NCBI GenBank assembly: GCA_963738405.1
Contig: CAVTWJ010000023.1
Coordinates: 160,001 to 224,000, forward strand
Source: a candidate division FCPU426 bacterium
GTDB taxonomy: Bacteria > Oederibacteriota > Muellerivitia > Muellerivitales > Muellerivitaceae
DNA length: 64,000 nt
Direction: 5' to 3'
Of this stretch, positions 47,041-57,282 are shown one piece after another; within the stretch, counting starts at the first letter, position 1; every line of letters starts with the position of its first letter. Position numbers and translations under genes: made by a program. The notes below the pieces were generated by a model that saw nothing but the letters and a program-made list of their open reading frames with translations, did not search any database and was not told the origin of the DNA.

Positions 47041-48111
47041 TTATTTAATTTCAGAGCAGACCGCTTCTCCCATTTGGACGCAGGAGACAGTCTTTTCACC
47101 CTTTTTCGCCAGGTCCGCAGTTCTCAGGCCCTTTTCCAGCACCTTTTCAACTGCCCCCTCAATCACATCGGATTCCTTTTGAAGGTGGAAACTGTATTTG
47201 AGCATCATCCCGACGGAAAGGATCATAGCCAGGGGGTTCGCCTTGCCTGTTCCGGCGATATCGGGCGCCGAACCGTGCGACGGTTCATAGAGTCCCACCC
47301 TCCCCCCCAGAGAGGCAGAAGGGAGCATGCCGAGGGAGCCGGTCAGCATGGAAGCCTCGTCTGAAAGGATATCCCCGAACATGTTCGTCGTGACCATCAC
47401 GTCAAATTGTTTGGGGTTCAGGATCAACTGCATGGCGGCGTTATCAACGATCTGATGCTCAAACGCCACATCCGGATAGCCTTTGGAAACTTCCTCCGCC
47501 ACGTCGTGCCAAAGCCGGGAGGATTCAAGGACGTTGAATTTATCCACACTGGTAACTTTCTTACGGCGCAGGCGGGCCAAATCGCAGGCTAGTTTCACAA
47601 TGCGTTCGACTTCAGGAGTACGGTAGATTTCGGTATTGACCCCGTACCGGTCCTTCCCTTCTCCATGGATGCCCCGGGGCTCGCCAAAATAGATGCCCGA
47701 GATGAGTTCCCGGACAATGAGCATGTCCACCCCGTCAATGACCTCGGTCTTGAGGGTTGAGGCTTCTTTAAGGGCGTTGAACAGCTTTACAGGACGGAGG
47801 TTGGCGTAGAGATCCAGCCCCTTGCGAAGGCCTAAAATGCCCGCCTCGGGCCTTTTTTTATTCTCAATCTTGTCCCACTTGGGGCCGCCCATGGGGGCCT
47901 TGAGGACCGCCTGCGCGGCCTGGCAGGCCTTGAGGGTGTGGTCCGGCAAGGGGTTGTCGAACTTGTCGATGGCGATTCCGCCCGCGTCTTGGGCTTCGTA
48001 TTCAAACCTATGCCCGAACACTTCCCCCACTCGGTTGAGAACCTTTTTGGATTCCTCGCAGATTTCGGGCCCGATGCCGTCACCGGATAAAACGACGATG
48101 TGAAAGTTCAT
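47041..48111 (-). CDS. leuB: 3-isopropylmalate dehydrogenase
   Basis: [44 protein letters not shown]. Confidence 0.97.
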   Translation of the reverse strand: MNFHIVVLSGDGIGPEICEESKKVLNRVGEVFGHRFEYEAQDAGGIAIDKFDNPLPDHTLKACQAAQAVLKAPMGGPKWDKIENKKRPEAGILGLRKGLDLYANLRPVKLFNALKEASTLKTEVIDGVDMLIVRELISGIYFGEPRGIHGEGKDRYGVNTEIYRTPEVERIVKLACDLARLRRKKVTSVDKFNVLESSRLWHDVAEEVSKGYPDVAFEHQIVDNAAMQLILNPKQFDVMVTTNMFGDILSDEASMLTGSLGMLPSASLGGRVGLYEPSHGSAPDIAGTGKANPLAMILSVGMMLKYSFHLQKESDVIEGAVEKVLEKGLRTADLAKKGEKTVSCVQMGEAVCSEIK

Positions 48112-48131
48112 GGTTTCAAGGCTTCCTTTAT

Positions 48132-48431
48132 TTAATGCGGAGGATTCTTCAATAACCTTCGCCCATGCGTAATAGTCACAACATGAACGATGTTACGCCC
48201 CGCGTCATGGCGGTAAATAACGCGGTAACTGCCAACGATGATTTCCCGATGGGCAAGAAGTGGAAATTCAGGAAGTCGGCGTCCAAGATTCTGGTAGCTT
48301 TTTAGTTTTTCAACGGATTCGTATAAGGTTTCCACCTCCGACCTAGCGTAACGCGGGGAATCCTTAGCGATATAATCAAATATATTTTTCAGGTCTGCGG
48401 TCGCTTCCCGCGTCCACCGGATTTTTACCAT
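48132..48431 (-). CDS. Type II toxin, RelE/ParE family
   Basis: IRWTREATADLKNIFDYIAKDSP...GRRLPE...REIIVGSYRVIY...HGRR. Confidence 0.9.
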   Translation of the reverse strand: MVKIRWTREATADLKNIFDYIAKDSPRYARSEVETLYESVEKLKSYQNLGRRLPEFPLLAHREIIVGSYRVIYRHDAGRNIVHVVTITHGRRLLKNPPH

Positions 48432-48604
48432 TTCCTTATTTTTTTCAGAAGGTCTTCATGGGATATCGTCCTTTTTCCCCGTATATCAGATTCGCCTTTT
48501 TCGATTTTTTGGAGCAGATAAAGGCGATACATGAAATCTTCCAGATCCACCTTTTCGGGAAGGTTTTTAACCATCTCCGCGACTTGGCTTTTCATTACTG
48601 TCAT
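48425..48604 (-). CDS. Putative antitoxin
   Basis: About 59 aa, LPEKVDLEDFMYRLYLLQKIEKGESDI...ISHED; overlaps the toxin start. Confidence 0.8.
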   Translation of the reverse strand: MTVMKSQVAEMVKNLPEKVDLEDFMYRLYLLQKIEKGESDIRGKRTISHEDLLKKIRKW

Positions 48605-48724
48605 TGAAGCACCCCCATCCCTAACTTTATAAGGTCTCATTGTATCAAACCCTTGGAAAAACCTTAGAGCGATGTGAAATTCAACCCTAAGCGGTGAATT
48701 TTCAGATCCCGCTAAATCAGAATA

Positions 48725-49270
48725 CTAAGTAAGTGATTTTCTAATCTCTTCTATTTTGTTACTTAACAAATGATCGGAATAATTATTTGAATCTTCCGCC
48801 CCATTTCCCCGTGTACGTTTAATTTTCGCCACATCATCAAAACTAAAATAAAACCAACTGTCTGGTTTTCCAGCCTTCTTAGTTTTCACATTTTCTATGA
48901 ATTTAGTCATATCCTTATTCGAAAATACCAATATTAACGGCAACCACGCGGATGAAGTTTTTCGAGATTTTTCTATGTCGGGGTAAACGGCAACAAGAAA
49001 AATAAACTCAGCATTTCCAGGAACTTTAAAAGTATTGAAACAAATATCGAATTTAGGTCCATGAGTTCCGGGATAAAAACGCGAAGCTTTTACCTGAATT
49101 GATATTAACTTATTTTCATTTTTATCACGTCTAGCAAGAATTAAATCAACCCCTTTTTCCTGTCTTGATAAGGGGACATAAACTGAATACCCATCTTTTT
49201 TCTTAAAAGTTTCAGAAAGTTTTTGCGCTACACAAAATTCAGAATAAGGGATAGTAAATATGGGGTCCAT
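48725..49270 (-). CDS. PD-(D/E)XK nuclease-like protein (AT-rich gene)
   Basis: SE...EKGVDLI...IQVKASR resembles the restriction-endonuclease-like core. Confidence 0.65.
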   Translation of the reverse strand: MDPIFTIPYSEFCVAQKLSETFKKKDGYSVYVPLSRQEKGVDLILARRDKNENKLISIQVKASRFYPGTHGPKFDICFNTFKVPGNAEFIFLVAVYPDIEKSRKTSSAWLPLILVFSNKDMTKFIENVKTKKAGKPDSWFYFSFDDVAKIKRTRGNGAEDSNNYSDHLLSNKIEEIRKSLT

Positions 49271-49343
49271 TTTCCCTCTCTTGGTAACAATCCAACTTGA
49301 AATCACAATTCACAGTTTGAAAGTCAAAAAAACTCACCCAAAC

Positions 49344-49376
49344 AAAAAGGCCCTGGCTTTTTGAGCCAAGGCCTTT
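49344..49376 (-). terminator. Rho-independent terminator after leuA
   Basis: Minus strand aaaggccttggctc-aaa-aagccagggccttttt. Confidence 0.75.
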
Positions 49377-49381
49377 AAATC

Positions 49382-50983
49382 TTAAAGTTTCAAACCCTTT
49401 TGAATATTAAAGGCCGCCTTGGCGCTTTTCTTCTCGTGTTTTAAAAGAAGCTTGTTCACCCCGTTGATGTAGGCCTTGGCCGAGGCCTCGATGACGTCGG
49501 TAGAGACGCCCCTTCCGTTAGCCTCGTCGCCGTTGATGGCGACCGTTACCGTCACCTCGCCTTGGGCGTCCCGCCCCTGGGTGAGGGCCTTAAGGGAATA
49601 GTTTTCAAGCTTGCCCTTAAAGCCCGTGGCCTTGTCGATGGCGTTAAAAACCGCGTCCACAGGCCCGTCGCCCGTGGCGGCTTCTTCCAAAACCTTCTCG
49701 CCCTTTTTGAGTTTAAGGGTCGCCGTGGGCCGGGTGGTCGTGCCCGCCGAGGTGTGCAGGTAAGTGAGCTGGTATTGGTCGGCGGCGGAGACCATCTTTT
49801 CCTCGATCAGGGCTTCAATATCCTCGTCATAGACGCTCTTTTTCTTGTCCGCCAGGTCCTTAAACTTGGCGAAGAGGCCGTCGATGGCTTCCTGCGCCAG
49901 GTTGTAGCCGAGATCCTCCAGCCTTCTGCTGAAGGCGTGGCGGCCCGAGTGCTTTCCCAATACCAGCCGGCTTTCGGGCATGCCGATGGATTCGGGGGTC
50001 ATGATCTCGTAATTCTGGCGGTACTTGAGCATACCGTCCTGGTGGATGCCGCTTTCGTGGGCGAAGGCGTTGTTGCCCACGATGGCCTTGTTGGGCTGGA
50101 TCATGAAGCCCGTCAGGGTCGAGACCAGGCGGCTGGTTTTGTAGATTTCTCGGGTGTTCACGCCCGTCTCGTAGGGGTAGAGGTCGTGGCGGGTCTTTAG
50201 GACCATTACGATTTCTTCCAGGCTGGCGTTGCCCGCCCTTTCCCCGATGCCGTTGATGGTGCATTCCACCTGGCGCGCCCCGTTGCGGATGGCGGAGAGG
50301 GAGTTAGCCACCCCCATCCCCAAGTCGTCATGGCAATGGACGGAAATAACCGCCTTGTTGATGTTGGGCACCCGGTTCTTCAAGGTCGCCACCATGTGGC
50401 CGTATTCGGTGGGGATGGCGTAACCTACCGTGTCGGGCACGTTCACCGTCTTGGCCCCGCTCTTGATAGCCGCCTCGACCATGCGGCACAAAAAATCCAG
50501 GTTGGAACGGGAGGCGTCCTGGGCCGAAAATTCCACATCGTCGGTAAAGTTCCGGGCGTATTTCACCGCTTCCACAGTGGCATCCAGGGCCTCTTCCCTG
50601 CTCTTGTGGAACAGGTGCTTCAAGTGGATGTCGGAGGAAGAAATAAAGGTGTGGATGCGGAAGCGCTTGGCCGGTTTCAGGGCTTTGGCGCAGGCGTCGA
50701 TATCTTTCCGCATGGCCCTTGAGAGACCGGCAATGATGGTCTTCTTCAGGGTTTTGGATATTTTCTCCACCGCCTCAAAATCGCCCGGAGACGCGGCGGG
50801 AAAACCCGCCTCAATGATATCCACCCCCAGCTTTTCCAGCTGGAGGGCGATCTTCATTTTTTCGGCGGTATTCAGGCTGGCCCCGGGGGCCTGTTCCCCG
50901 TCGCGCAGGGTGGTATCAAAAATATAAACCCGTTCGCCGACGGTTGAAGATGTGGAAGTTTTTGAACTTTTTTTAGTTTTCAT
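49382..50983 (-). CDS. leuA: 2-isopropylmalate synthase
   Basis: FDTTLRDGEQ, HCHDDLG, GIGERAGN, HESGIHQDG, GKHSGRH, regulatory domain GDGPVDA. Confidence 0.97.
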   Translation of the reverse strand: MKTKKSSKTSTSSTVGERVYIFDTTLRDGEQAPGASLNTAEKMKIALQLEKLGVDIIEAGFPAASPGDFEAVEKISKTLKKTIIAGLSRAMRKDIDACAKALKPAKRFRIHTFISSSDIHLKHLFHKSREEALDATVEAVKYARNFTDDVEFSAQDASRSNLDFLCRMVEAAIKSGAKTVNVPDTVGYAIPTEYGHMVATLKNRVPNINKAVISVHCHDDLGMGVANSLSAIRNGARQVECTINGIGERAGNASLEEIVMVLKTRHDLYPYETGVNTREIYKTSRLVSTLTGFMIQPNKAIVGNNAFAHESGIHQDGMLKYRQNYEIMTPESIGMPESRLVLGKHSGRHAFSRRLEDLGYNLAQEAIDGLFAKFKDLADKKKSVYDEDIEALIEEKMVSAADQYQLTYLHTSAGTTTRPTATLKLKKGEKVLEEAATGDGPVDAVFNAIDKATGFKGKLENYSLKALTQGRDAQGEVTVTVAINGDEANGRGVSTDVIEASAKAYINGVNKLLLKHEKKSAKAAFNIQKGLKL

Positions 50984-51035
50984 TTTTAAAACCTCATTTT
51001 AAGTAAGGGGTGAATGACCGTTTGGAAAAACTGGA

Positions 51036-51917
51036 TCAGCTTTTGGGATTGGCCTTGAGAGGCCTTCTAAGTCGACCCAAGCCCTTTTTGGTGAAAAACT
51101 TGATGATTCCCCAGAAGAGATAAATGGTTAATAGGGCAAAAGCCGAAAATTCAAAAGCGTTCACCAAGGCGATCAAAACCAGGCCGATAAAGGCCAGGGT
51201 CCAGGGCTTGATGAATTCCCGATTCAGCTTTTTTAAGGAGGGAAAGGGGATGGTGGAAACCATGACCAGGGCAATGACCACCGTCAGGACGGGCACCCAG
51301 AGCTGGATGGCGTTCAGGTTTTCCTCGTACCATCCCATGACCTTGTTCAAGACGATGCCCTTGTCGTAGAAACCGCTCCACCGGGATAGCAGGACATAGC
51401 TGGTCAGGATGCCCGCGGCAGCGGGGCTGGGCAGGCCCATGAAAGAGGTCTTTTCCTCGACCTGGGCCTGGACATTGAAACGGGCCAGGCGGATGGCGGC
51501 GCACACCACGTAAAGGAAGGTGATGGACAGCCCCCACCCGCCCATATAGCGCAATACCGTCAGGTAAATCAAAATGGCGGGCGCCATGCCGAAACTGACC
51601 AGGTCGGACAGGCTGTCGAATTCCTGGCCGAATTTGGAGGTGGTGTGGGTGGCGCGGGCCACCATGCCGTCAAACAGATCCATGAAGGCGGCGATCACGA
51701 TCAGCCGGGCCGGCCAGACGAAGGGGATCGTATTGTTTTCCGGGAACAGGGATAGTGTCAGCGAGTCGTTGATGGCCCAGGTGATAGACCAGATGCCCAG
51801 CACCATATTGGCTGCGGTGAACATATTGGGCAACAGATAGATGGTTTTGCGCAGGCGGGAGCCTACCGGTTTTTCCGGGGCCTCATCGATGGTTGTTTTT
51901 TTTCTTTGCGCCGCCAT
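51036..51917 (-). CDS. pssA: CDP-diacylglycerol--serine O-phosphatidyltransferase
   Basis: LPNMFT, DLFDGMVAR...FGQEFDSLSDLVSFG, RLARFN, GLPSPAAA. Confidence 0.92.
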   Translation of the reverse strand: MAAQRKKTTIDEAPEKPVGSRLRKTIYLLPNMFTAANMVLGIWSITWAINDSLTLSLFPENNTIPFVWPARLIVIAAFMDLFDGMVARATHTTSKFGQEFDSLSDLVSFGMAPAILIYLTVLRYMGGWGLSITFLYVVCAAIRLARFNVQAQVEEKTSFMGLPSPAAAGILTSYVLLSRWSGFYDKGIVLNKVMGWYEENLNAIQLWVPVLTVVIALVMVSTIPFPSLKKLNREFIKPWTLAFIGLVLIALVNAFEFSAFALLTIYLFWGIIKFFTKKGLGRLRRPLKANPKS

Positions 51918-52595
51918 TTAAAACTCTCCTAAAACCGTCACTCCAGCCCTTACCTGGTCTCCCAGTTTCACCGAGGGCTTGAAATCCTTGGGTAGAAACA
52001 AGTCCACCCGGGACCCCAGCAAAATCCTGCCAAAACGCTCTCCCCGGGCCAAAACCTCTCCCGGTTTCGGATCGGTTTTTACCCGCCGGCACAACAGCCC
52101 CGCAATCTGTTTGAGGACAATTTTTCCGGGCGATTTAAACCCCTTAACGCCCTTGAGTTCCACCACCAGGTGGCACTGCTCGTTCACCAGGTCGGCCTTG
52201 TCGTCATAGGCGGCCAAAAACTCGCCGGGGTGATAGTCCTTTTTGACAACCTTTCCATCAAAAGGCATCCGCTGGACGTGGTTGTTGAGCGGGTTCATGA
52301 AGATGGCGATATGGACCGCCTTTTTTTTCAGGTGGAACTTTTCCACCGCCTCGGCCAGCACGACCACCTTGCCGTCGGCCGGGCTGATGACTTCCTTGGG
52401 TTTTAAGGGTCGGCCCGGTTTGCGCTCGAAATCCCTGAAGAAATTCAGCATCAACAGGGCAAGGGCCAAAAGCACCGCCCCCGCGAAATCCAGCCAGGGA
52501 TTTCGCGTGCCCAACCCCCAGCCCAGCAGGGCCGAGCCAGGGATTAGGGCGGGAAGGACCATGGTCCAGGTTTCCGGCATAAACGGCAGTCTCAC
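51918..52595 (-). CDS. psd: Phosphatidylserine decarboxylase proenzyme
   Basis: FFRD, SPADGKV, IFMNPLNNH, QIAG, GSRVD self-cleavage site. Confidence 0.92.
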   Translation of the reverse strand: MRLPFMPETWTMVLPALIPGSALLGWGLGTRNPWLDFAGAVLLALALLMLNFFRDFERKPGRPLKPKEVISPADGKVVVLAEAVEKFHLKKKAVHIAIFMNPLNNHVQRMPFDGKVVKKDYHPGEFLAAYDDKADLVNEQCHLVVELKGVKGFKSPGKIVLKQIAGLLCRRVKTDPKPGEVLARGERFGRILLGSRVDLFLPKDFKPSVKLGDQVRAGVTVLGEF

Positions 52596-52641
52596 CCCAG
52601 CCTCCCCCGCCGGGTCCCGAAGGCCGGCTTTAATGCCAAAT

Positions 52642-53631
52642 TTATTTCTTCATCCAGCTGAACATGCTGCGCACCTGGGTTCCCACCTTCTCGATCATGT
52701 GCTGGGAATCGTTACGCAAGAGCGAGTTGTAAACGGGCCGGTTGGCCTGGTTTTCCAGCACGAATTCCCGGGCGAAGGAGCCGGATTGGATTTCCGCCAA
52801 TATGCGCTGCATCTCGTGACGGGTGTTGTCGTTGATGATGCGGCGGCCCCGGGTGATATCGCCGTACTTGGCGGTGGTGGAGATGGCGTCCCTCATGCCG
52901 GTGATTCCCTTTTCGTAGATCAGATCCACGATCAGTTTCACCTCGTGCAGGCACTCGAAATAGGCCACTTCCGGCTGGTAGCCGGCGGAAACCAAGGTCT
53001 CAAAACCCGAACGGATCAGTTCGGACAGGCCGCCACAGAGGACCACCTGTTCGCCAAAAAGATCGGTTTCGGTTTCTTCTTTAAAGGTGGTTTCCAAGAC
53101 TCCGGCGCGGGTGGCGCCGATGGCCTTGCCGTAGGCCAGGGCCAGCTTCAAGGCGTTGCCCGTGGCGTTCTGGTGGATGGCCACCAGGGCGGGAACTCCC
53201 TTGCCGTCCACATAGGTGGTACGCACCAAGTGGCCGGGGCCTTTGGGCGCGATCATGAAGACGTCGATATCGGCGGGCGGCACGATCTGGCCGAAATGGA
53301 TGTTGAACCCGTGGGAAAACATGATGGCCTTGCCGGCTTTTAATCCCGGCAGGACGTCATTTTTATAAAGGGACCCTTGCAGGTCATCCTGAATGAGGAT
53401 CTGGATGATGTCGGCCTTGGCCGCCGCTTCCTTGGCGTCGTAAGCCTCGAACCCATCCGCCTTGGCCTGGGCCTTGGTCTTTTCGGAACGGGCGCCGATG
53501 ATGACCTTGATACCCGAATCCTTCAGGTTCAGGGCCTGGTTGCGTCCCTGGTTTCCGAAGCCAATGACCGCGATGGTCTTTCCCTTCAGCGCGTTTAAAT
53601 CCGCATCTTGTTCATAATAGATTTTCGCCAT
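52642..53631 (-). CDS. ilvC: Ketol-acid reductoisomerase
   Basis: [41 protein letters not shown]. Confidence 0.98.
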   Translation of the reverse strand: MAKIYYEQDADLNALKGKTIAVIGFGNQGRNQALNLKDSGIKVIIGARSEKTKAQAKADGFEAYDAKEAAAKADIIQILIQDDLQGSLYKNDVLPGLKAGKAIMFSHGFNIHFGQIVPPADIDVFMIAPKGPGHLVRTTYVDGKGVPALVAIHQNATGNALKLALAYGKAIGATRAGVLETTFKEETETDLFGEQVVLCGGLSELIRSGFETLVSAGYQPEVAYFECLHEVKLIVDLIYEKGITGMRDAISTTAKYGDITRGRRIINDNTRHEMQRILAEIQSGSFAREFVLENQANRPVYNSLLRNDSQHMIEKVGTQVRSMFSWMKK

Positions 53632-53663
53632 TTGCCGCTCCTTGGTTTTCTTGAATTAAAAGA

Positions 53664-54206
53664 CTAAAGGTTGGATTGCCCGGCCTTGCCGGCCTTGACC
53701 TTGACCTGCTTTTCTTCTTCCTCATGCACCTTCTTGCCCCGGGAAATAGCCACTTCCCCGGTGCGGACCATCTCGATGATGCCGTAATTCTTCAGGAGCT
53801 CGATCATGCCGTTGATCTTGCTCTCCTTGCCCGTGACCTCGACGATGAAGCTTTTCAGGGCCACGTCCACGATTTTCCCGTCGAAACACCGGACGATTTC
53901 CATGACCTCGCTTCGGGTATGGGTCTCGGCCTTGACCTTGATGAGGGCCAGGTCCCGGGAAATGAAATCATCCTGGGTCAGGTCGACCACCTTGATGGTA
54001 TCCACCAGCTTGTTGAGCTGTTTTTCAACCTGGTCAATCACCCGGTCGTCGCCCCGGACCACGATGGTCATGCGGGAAACCTTTGGGTTGTCCGTCACGC
54101 CGACCACCAGGCTGTCGATGTTGTAGCCCCTTGCGGAAAAAAGATTGGAAACACGGGACAGGACGCCGCTGTGGTTATTCACCAAAACAGATATGGTGTG
54201 CCTCAT
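53664..54206 (-). CDS. ilvN: Acetolactate synthase small (regulatory) subunit
   Basis: GVLSRV...RGYNIDSL...QLNKLVD...EMVRTG. Confidence 0.97.
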   Translation of the reverse strand: MRHTISVLVNNHSGVLSRVSNLFSARGYNIDSLVVGVTDNPKVSRMTIVVRGDDRVIDQVEKQLNKLVDTIKVVDLTQDDFISRDLALIKVKAETHTRSEVMEIVRCFDGKIVDVALKSFIVEVTGKESKINGMIELLKNYGIIEMVRTGEVAISRGKKVHEEEEKQVKVKAGKAGQSNL

Positions 54207-55969
54207 TTGCCCCCTCCCTTGGGCCGAGCAACCTTGGCCTTGATTTCCGCCATGACCCTTGCCCGGTCTTCCTCTTTGGACAAAACCATGTCCTTGGTCG
54301 AACCGCCCGCGGGCACCATGGGATAGACGTGTTCCTCCGGATCAACCATCAGGTCGACAATACAGGGCTCCTTGCTTTTAAAAACTTCTTCCAAGGTCTT
54401 CGTGGCGTCTTTGGGCGTTTCGGCCCGGTAGCCTTTGATGCCATAAGCTTCGGCCAGCTTGACGAAGTCGGGTTGGGCTGGAATGGAGGTAGCGGCGTAG
54501 CGCTTGTCAAAGAAAAGATCCTGCCATTGCTTGACCATTCCCAAAAATTTGTTGTTCAGAATGATGACCTTGACGTTCAAGTTGTGCTGCTTCACCACCG
54601 CCAATTCCTGAAGGGTCATCTGGAAGCTGCCGTCGCCCGCGATGTCGATCACCGTCGAATCGGGATAGGCAAATGCGGCGCCAATGGCCGCCGGAAAACC
54701 AAAGCCCATGGTCCCCAACCCGCCCGAGGTAATCCAACACCGGGGTTTGTTGAACCGGTAATATTGGGCCGCCCACATTTGGTGCTGACCCACTTCGGTG
54801 GTGATGATGGCGTCGCCCTTGGTCAAACGGTAGATTTCGTCCACCGCGAACTGGGGCAGGATGGGCCCATTCGGATCCTGTTTGAAGGCGAGAGGATGTT
54901 TCTGGTGCCAGGCGTCCAACTGATCGTACCACTCGTCGTAATCGTGGGAACCCGCCGTCTTGGTCAGGGACTCCAAAATAGTCCTCATATCGCCCAGGAC
55001 ATGGGCGTCCACCTTGACGTTCTTGCCGATGGAGGTCGGGTCCACGTCGATGTGGATTTTCTTGGACAGAGGGGAAAATTCGGAAAGTTTCCCCGTCACC
55101 CGATCGTCGAACCGACTGCCGACCGCGATCAAGAGGTCGCAATGGGTCAGGGCCATGTTGGCCCGGTAGGACCCATGCATGCCCAACATGTCGATGAACT
55201 GACGGTCATTAGCCGGATAGGCCCCCAGGCCCATCAAGGTTAGAGTGACCGGAATGTTCGTCTTTCGGGCAAATTTATACAAAGCCTCGGAGGCTCCGGC
55301 GTTGATGACCCCGCCGCCCGCGTAAATTAAGGGGCGCTTGGCATGGCGCAGCAACTCGGCCATTTTATCCACCTGCGAGAAATCGATGGAAGGAACGAAT
55401 TTCGACGGGGAGATGGATGAATGCTTAGGGTAAGGCACTTCCGCCGAGGAGGCCGCGATATCCTTGGGGATATCGACCAGCACCGGACCCGGCCTGCCGG
55501 AACGCGCGATAAAAAAGGCGTCCCTCAAAATTTGGGGCAGTTCTTGGATGTTTTTCACCAAATAATTATGCTTGGTGCAGGAACGGGTGATACCCACCAC
55601 ATCGGCTTCCTGGAAGGCGTCGGTTCCAATTAAGGCCGAGGGAACTTGACCCGTGATGGCAACGAGTGGGACGGAGTCCATATAGGCATCGGTCAACCCG
55701 GTGACCAGGTTCGTAGCGCCGGGGCCTGATGTGGCGATGCAAACCCCCACTTTTCCCGTGGCCTTGGCGTAGCCCTCGGCCATGTGGATGGCACCCTGCT
55801 CATGGCGCGTATCAACAAGACGAATGCGGTCGCTATTTTGGTAAAGGGCGTCAAAAATGGGGAGAGCGGCCCCGCCGGTTAGACCCCAGAGAATTTCCAC
55901 GCCCTCGTCCACCAGCATATCCACAACCATTTGGGCACCGGTTTTGAGCTTGGGATTGTGCTTTTTCAT
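54203..55969 (-). CDS. ilvB: Acetolactate synthase large subunit
   Basis: RHEQGA, TSGPGATN, AFQEAD, RFDDRVTG, SGGLGTMGFG, TPP motif GDGS...NN. Confidence 0.98.
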   Translation of the reverse strand: MKKHNPKLKTGAQMVVDMLVDEGVEILWGLTGGAALPIFDALYQNSDRIRLVDTRHEQGAIHMAEGYAKATGKVGVCIATSGPGATNLVTGLTDAYMDSVPLVAITGQVPSALIGTDAFQEADVVGITRSCTKHNYLVKNIQELPQILRDAFFIARSGRPGPVLVDIPKDIAASSAEVPYPKHSSISPSKFVPSIDFSQVDKMAELLRHAKRPLIYAGGGVINAGASEALYKFARKTNIPVTLTLMGLGAYPANDRQFIDMLGMHGSYRANMALTHCDLLIAVGSRFDDRVTGKLSEFSPLSKKIHIDVDPTSIGKNVKVDAHVLGDMRTILESLTKTAGSHDYDEWYDQLDAWHQKHPLAFKQDPNGPILPQFAVDEIYRLTKGDAIITTEVGQHQMWAAQYYRFNKPRCWITSGGLGTMGFGFPAAIGAAFAYPDSTVIDIAGDGSFQMTLQELAVVKQHNLNVKVIILNNKFLGMVKQWQDLFFDKRYAATSIPAQPDFVKLAEAYGIKGYRAETPKDATKTLEEVFKSKEPCIVDLMVDPEEHVYPMVPAGGSTKDMVLSKEEDRARVMAEIKAKVARPKGGGK

Positions 55970-56141
55970 TTTTTCTCCTCCATGGGCTTCCCCCGCCTGG
56001 GGGAAAGCGCTAGATTTTACAATAATTCACCTGTTCAGGTGATAAATAGTGGTTAAAAACCCCACAAAACAAACGACTTTTAGGGTTTGACCCTTCTGGA
56101 ACCAGGCTTTAGAGAACCGTTGGGAGGGGAATACTGGGCTC

Positions 56142-56182
56142 AAAAAAAAAGCCGCAGAACCCCTGGCGGGGCTCCGCGGCTT
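56142..56182 (-). terminator. Attenuator terminator of the ilv-leu operon
   Basis: Minus strand aagccgcggagcccc-gcca-ggggttctgcggc followed by T9, 11 nt after the leader stop. Confidence 0.9.
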
Positions 56183-56193
56183 GGTAGCCGTCT

Positions 56194-56271
56194 TTAGGAG
56201 CGAACCGCCTCCGGACGCAATACGAGTACCAGTACCAAAAGCACTAAGGTGATTGCGATTCCGAAGGTCAT
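56194..56271 (-). CDS. ilv operon leader peptide (25 aa), not in ORF track
   Basis: AAGGAG RBS; MTFGIAITLVLLVLVLVLRPEAVRS with a run of ten consecutive Leu/Val codons plus two Ile. Confidence 0.9.
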   Translation of the reverse strand: MTFGIAITLVLLVLVLVLRPEAVRS

Positions 56272-56298
56272 GAAAAGCTCCTTGTTTTCTGTGGGTGA

Positions 56299-56327
56299 AA
56301 TATACCCTTCTTGCTTTTGACTGTCAA
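56299..56327 (-). promoter_or_regulatory. Sigma70 promoter of ilv leader
   Basis: Minus strand TTGACA-N17-TATATT. Confidence 0.85.
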
Positions 56328-56445
56328 GGGAGGCGCCCTATCGATTGATTTTACATGGTCATTTTCGACAAATTGATACTTCAACACTGGTTGAAATGGG
56401 AGCCATTGCTACCGAACCCAGTTTTTACCAAGTCCCGATGTCTCT

Positions 56446-57162
56446 TTATGAAGACGCGATCCATTGAAGAATAATAAAAATAATCACGGCCACAATAACC
56501 CAAACAAGCCCATAACTCCGGATATCTTCCCATTGAATGAGCCCCTCCCTCCGGTTGAGGGAACGTTTGAAGCGGCCCAGAAAAAACAGGGCCAAAGGCA
56601 CCAAAACAATCAAGGCAAGAGCGGCCACGGCTACATCGTTTTGAAGGTCGGGATTCTTGACCATCCGCAAGGCCAGGAAAACCGCCACCAATGTCAAAAG
56701 AGTATGAAACATCCAAAAAAGCACATACTTAAATAACGCGGGGGGGATTTGAAAAAAACTTAAGGAAGGATGACTCAATTTCATGGCGTCCGAATGGATA
56801 TCCCGCGGAAGGCGCGTCCCGCAGCGGACGCAAAAACGCAGACTTTTCCCGTGGACGAACCAGCTTTGCTGAGCGATGAAATGCTTGTGGGGACAGGATT
56901 CCACAATCCACGAAATCGAGATGGCGAACCAAGCGCAAAGCACCACCTGCAGTAATAACCCCAAATATAGGAAACGATATTCAAAATTTCCCGTCACAAA
57001 GCTCAAGAATATATTTAGGAAAAAAAACCAAAACCAAGGTTCCAGAGTTCTTGTGATCTTAACATCCTCCGAGACCTCAACAAAATAACGCCATCCCTTT
57101 CCCATGACCCATAAAACCAAAACTAGAACCAAAAAATTTTCCCAAATCATACTTTTCTCCAA
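56446..57162 (-). CDS. Hypothetical membrane protein with central zinc-ribbon-like loop
   Basis: About 6 TMs flanking CPH...FCVRCG. Confidence 0.65.
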   Translation of the reverse strand: MEKSMIWENFLVLVLVLWVMGKGWRYFVEVSEDVKITRTLEPWFWFFFLNIFLSFVTGNFEYRFLYLGLLLQVVLCAWFAISISWIVESCPHKHFIAQQSWFVHGKSLRFCVRCGTRLPRDIHSDAMKLSHPSLSFFQIPPALFKYVLFWMFHTLLTLVAVFLALRMVKNPDLQNDVAVAALALIVLVPLALFFLGRFKRSLNRREGLIQWEDIRSYGLVWVIVAVIIFIILQWIASS

Positions 57163-57282
57163 AAATGAATCGGTTTTAAATTTTAAATACCTTTAAAGAA
57201 TAGAACACGGAACATTCATCAGCATCCTATTTTTTTCAAAATAATGGTCGATTTCGATCCTGTTTTTTTCTTGGATTCTTCA

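Noticed and set aside
52243..55243. Long plus-strand ORFs 52243-53343, 53676-54326 and 54083-55243
   Set aside because: Antisense shadows of psd, ilvC, ilvN and ilvB.
55970..56140. T-box or other riboswitch between attenuator and ilvB
   Set aside because: Small hairpins are present but no T-box consensus was recognised; the leader-peptide attenuator explains the regulation.
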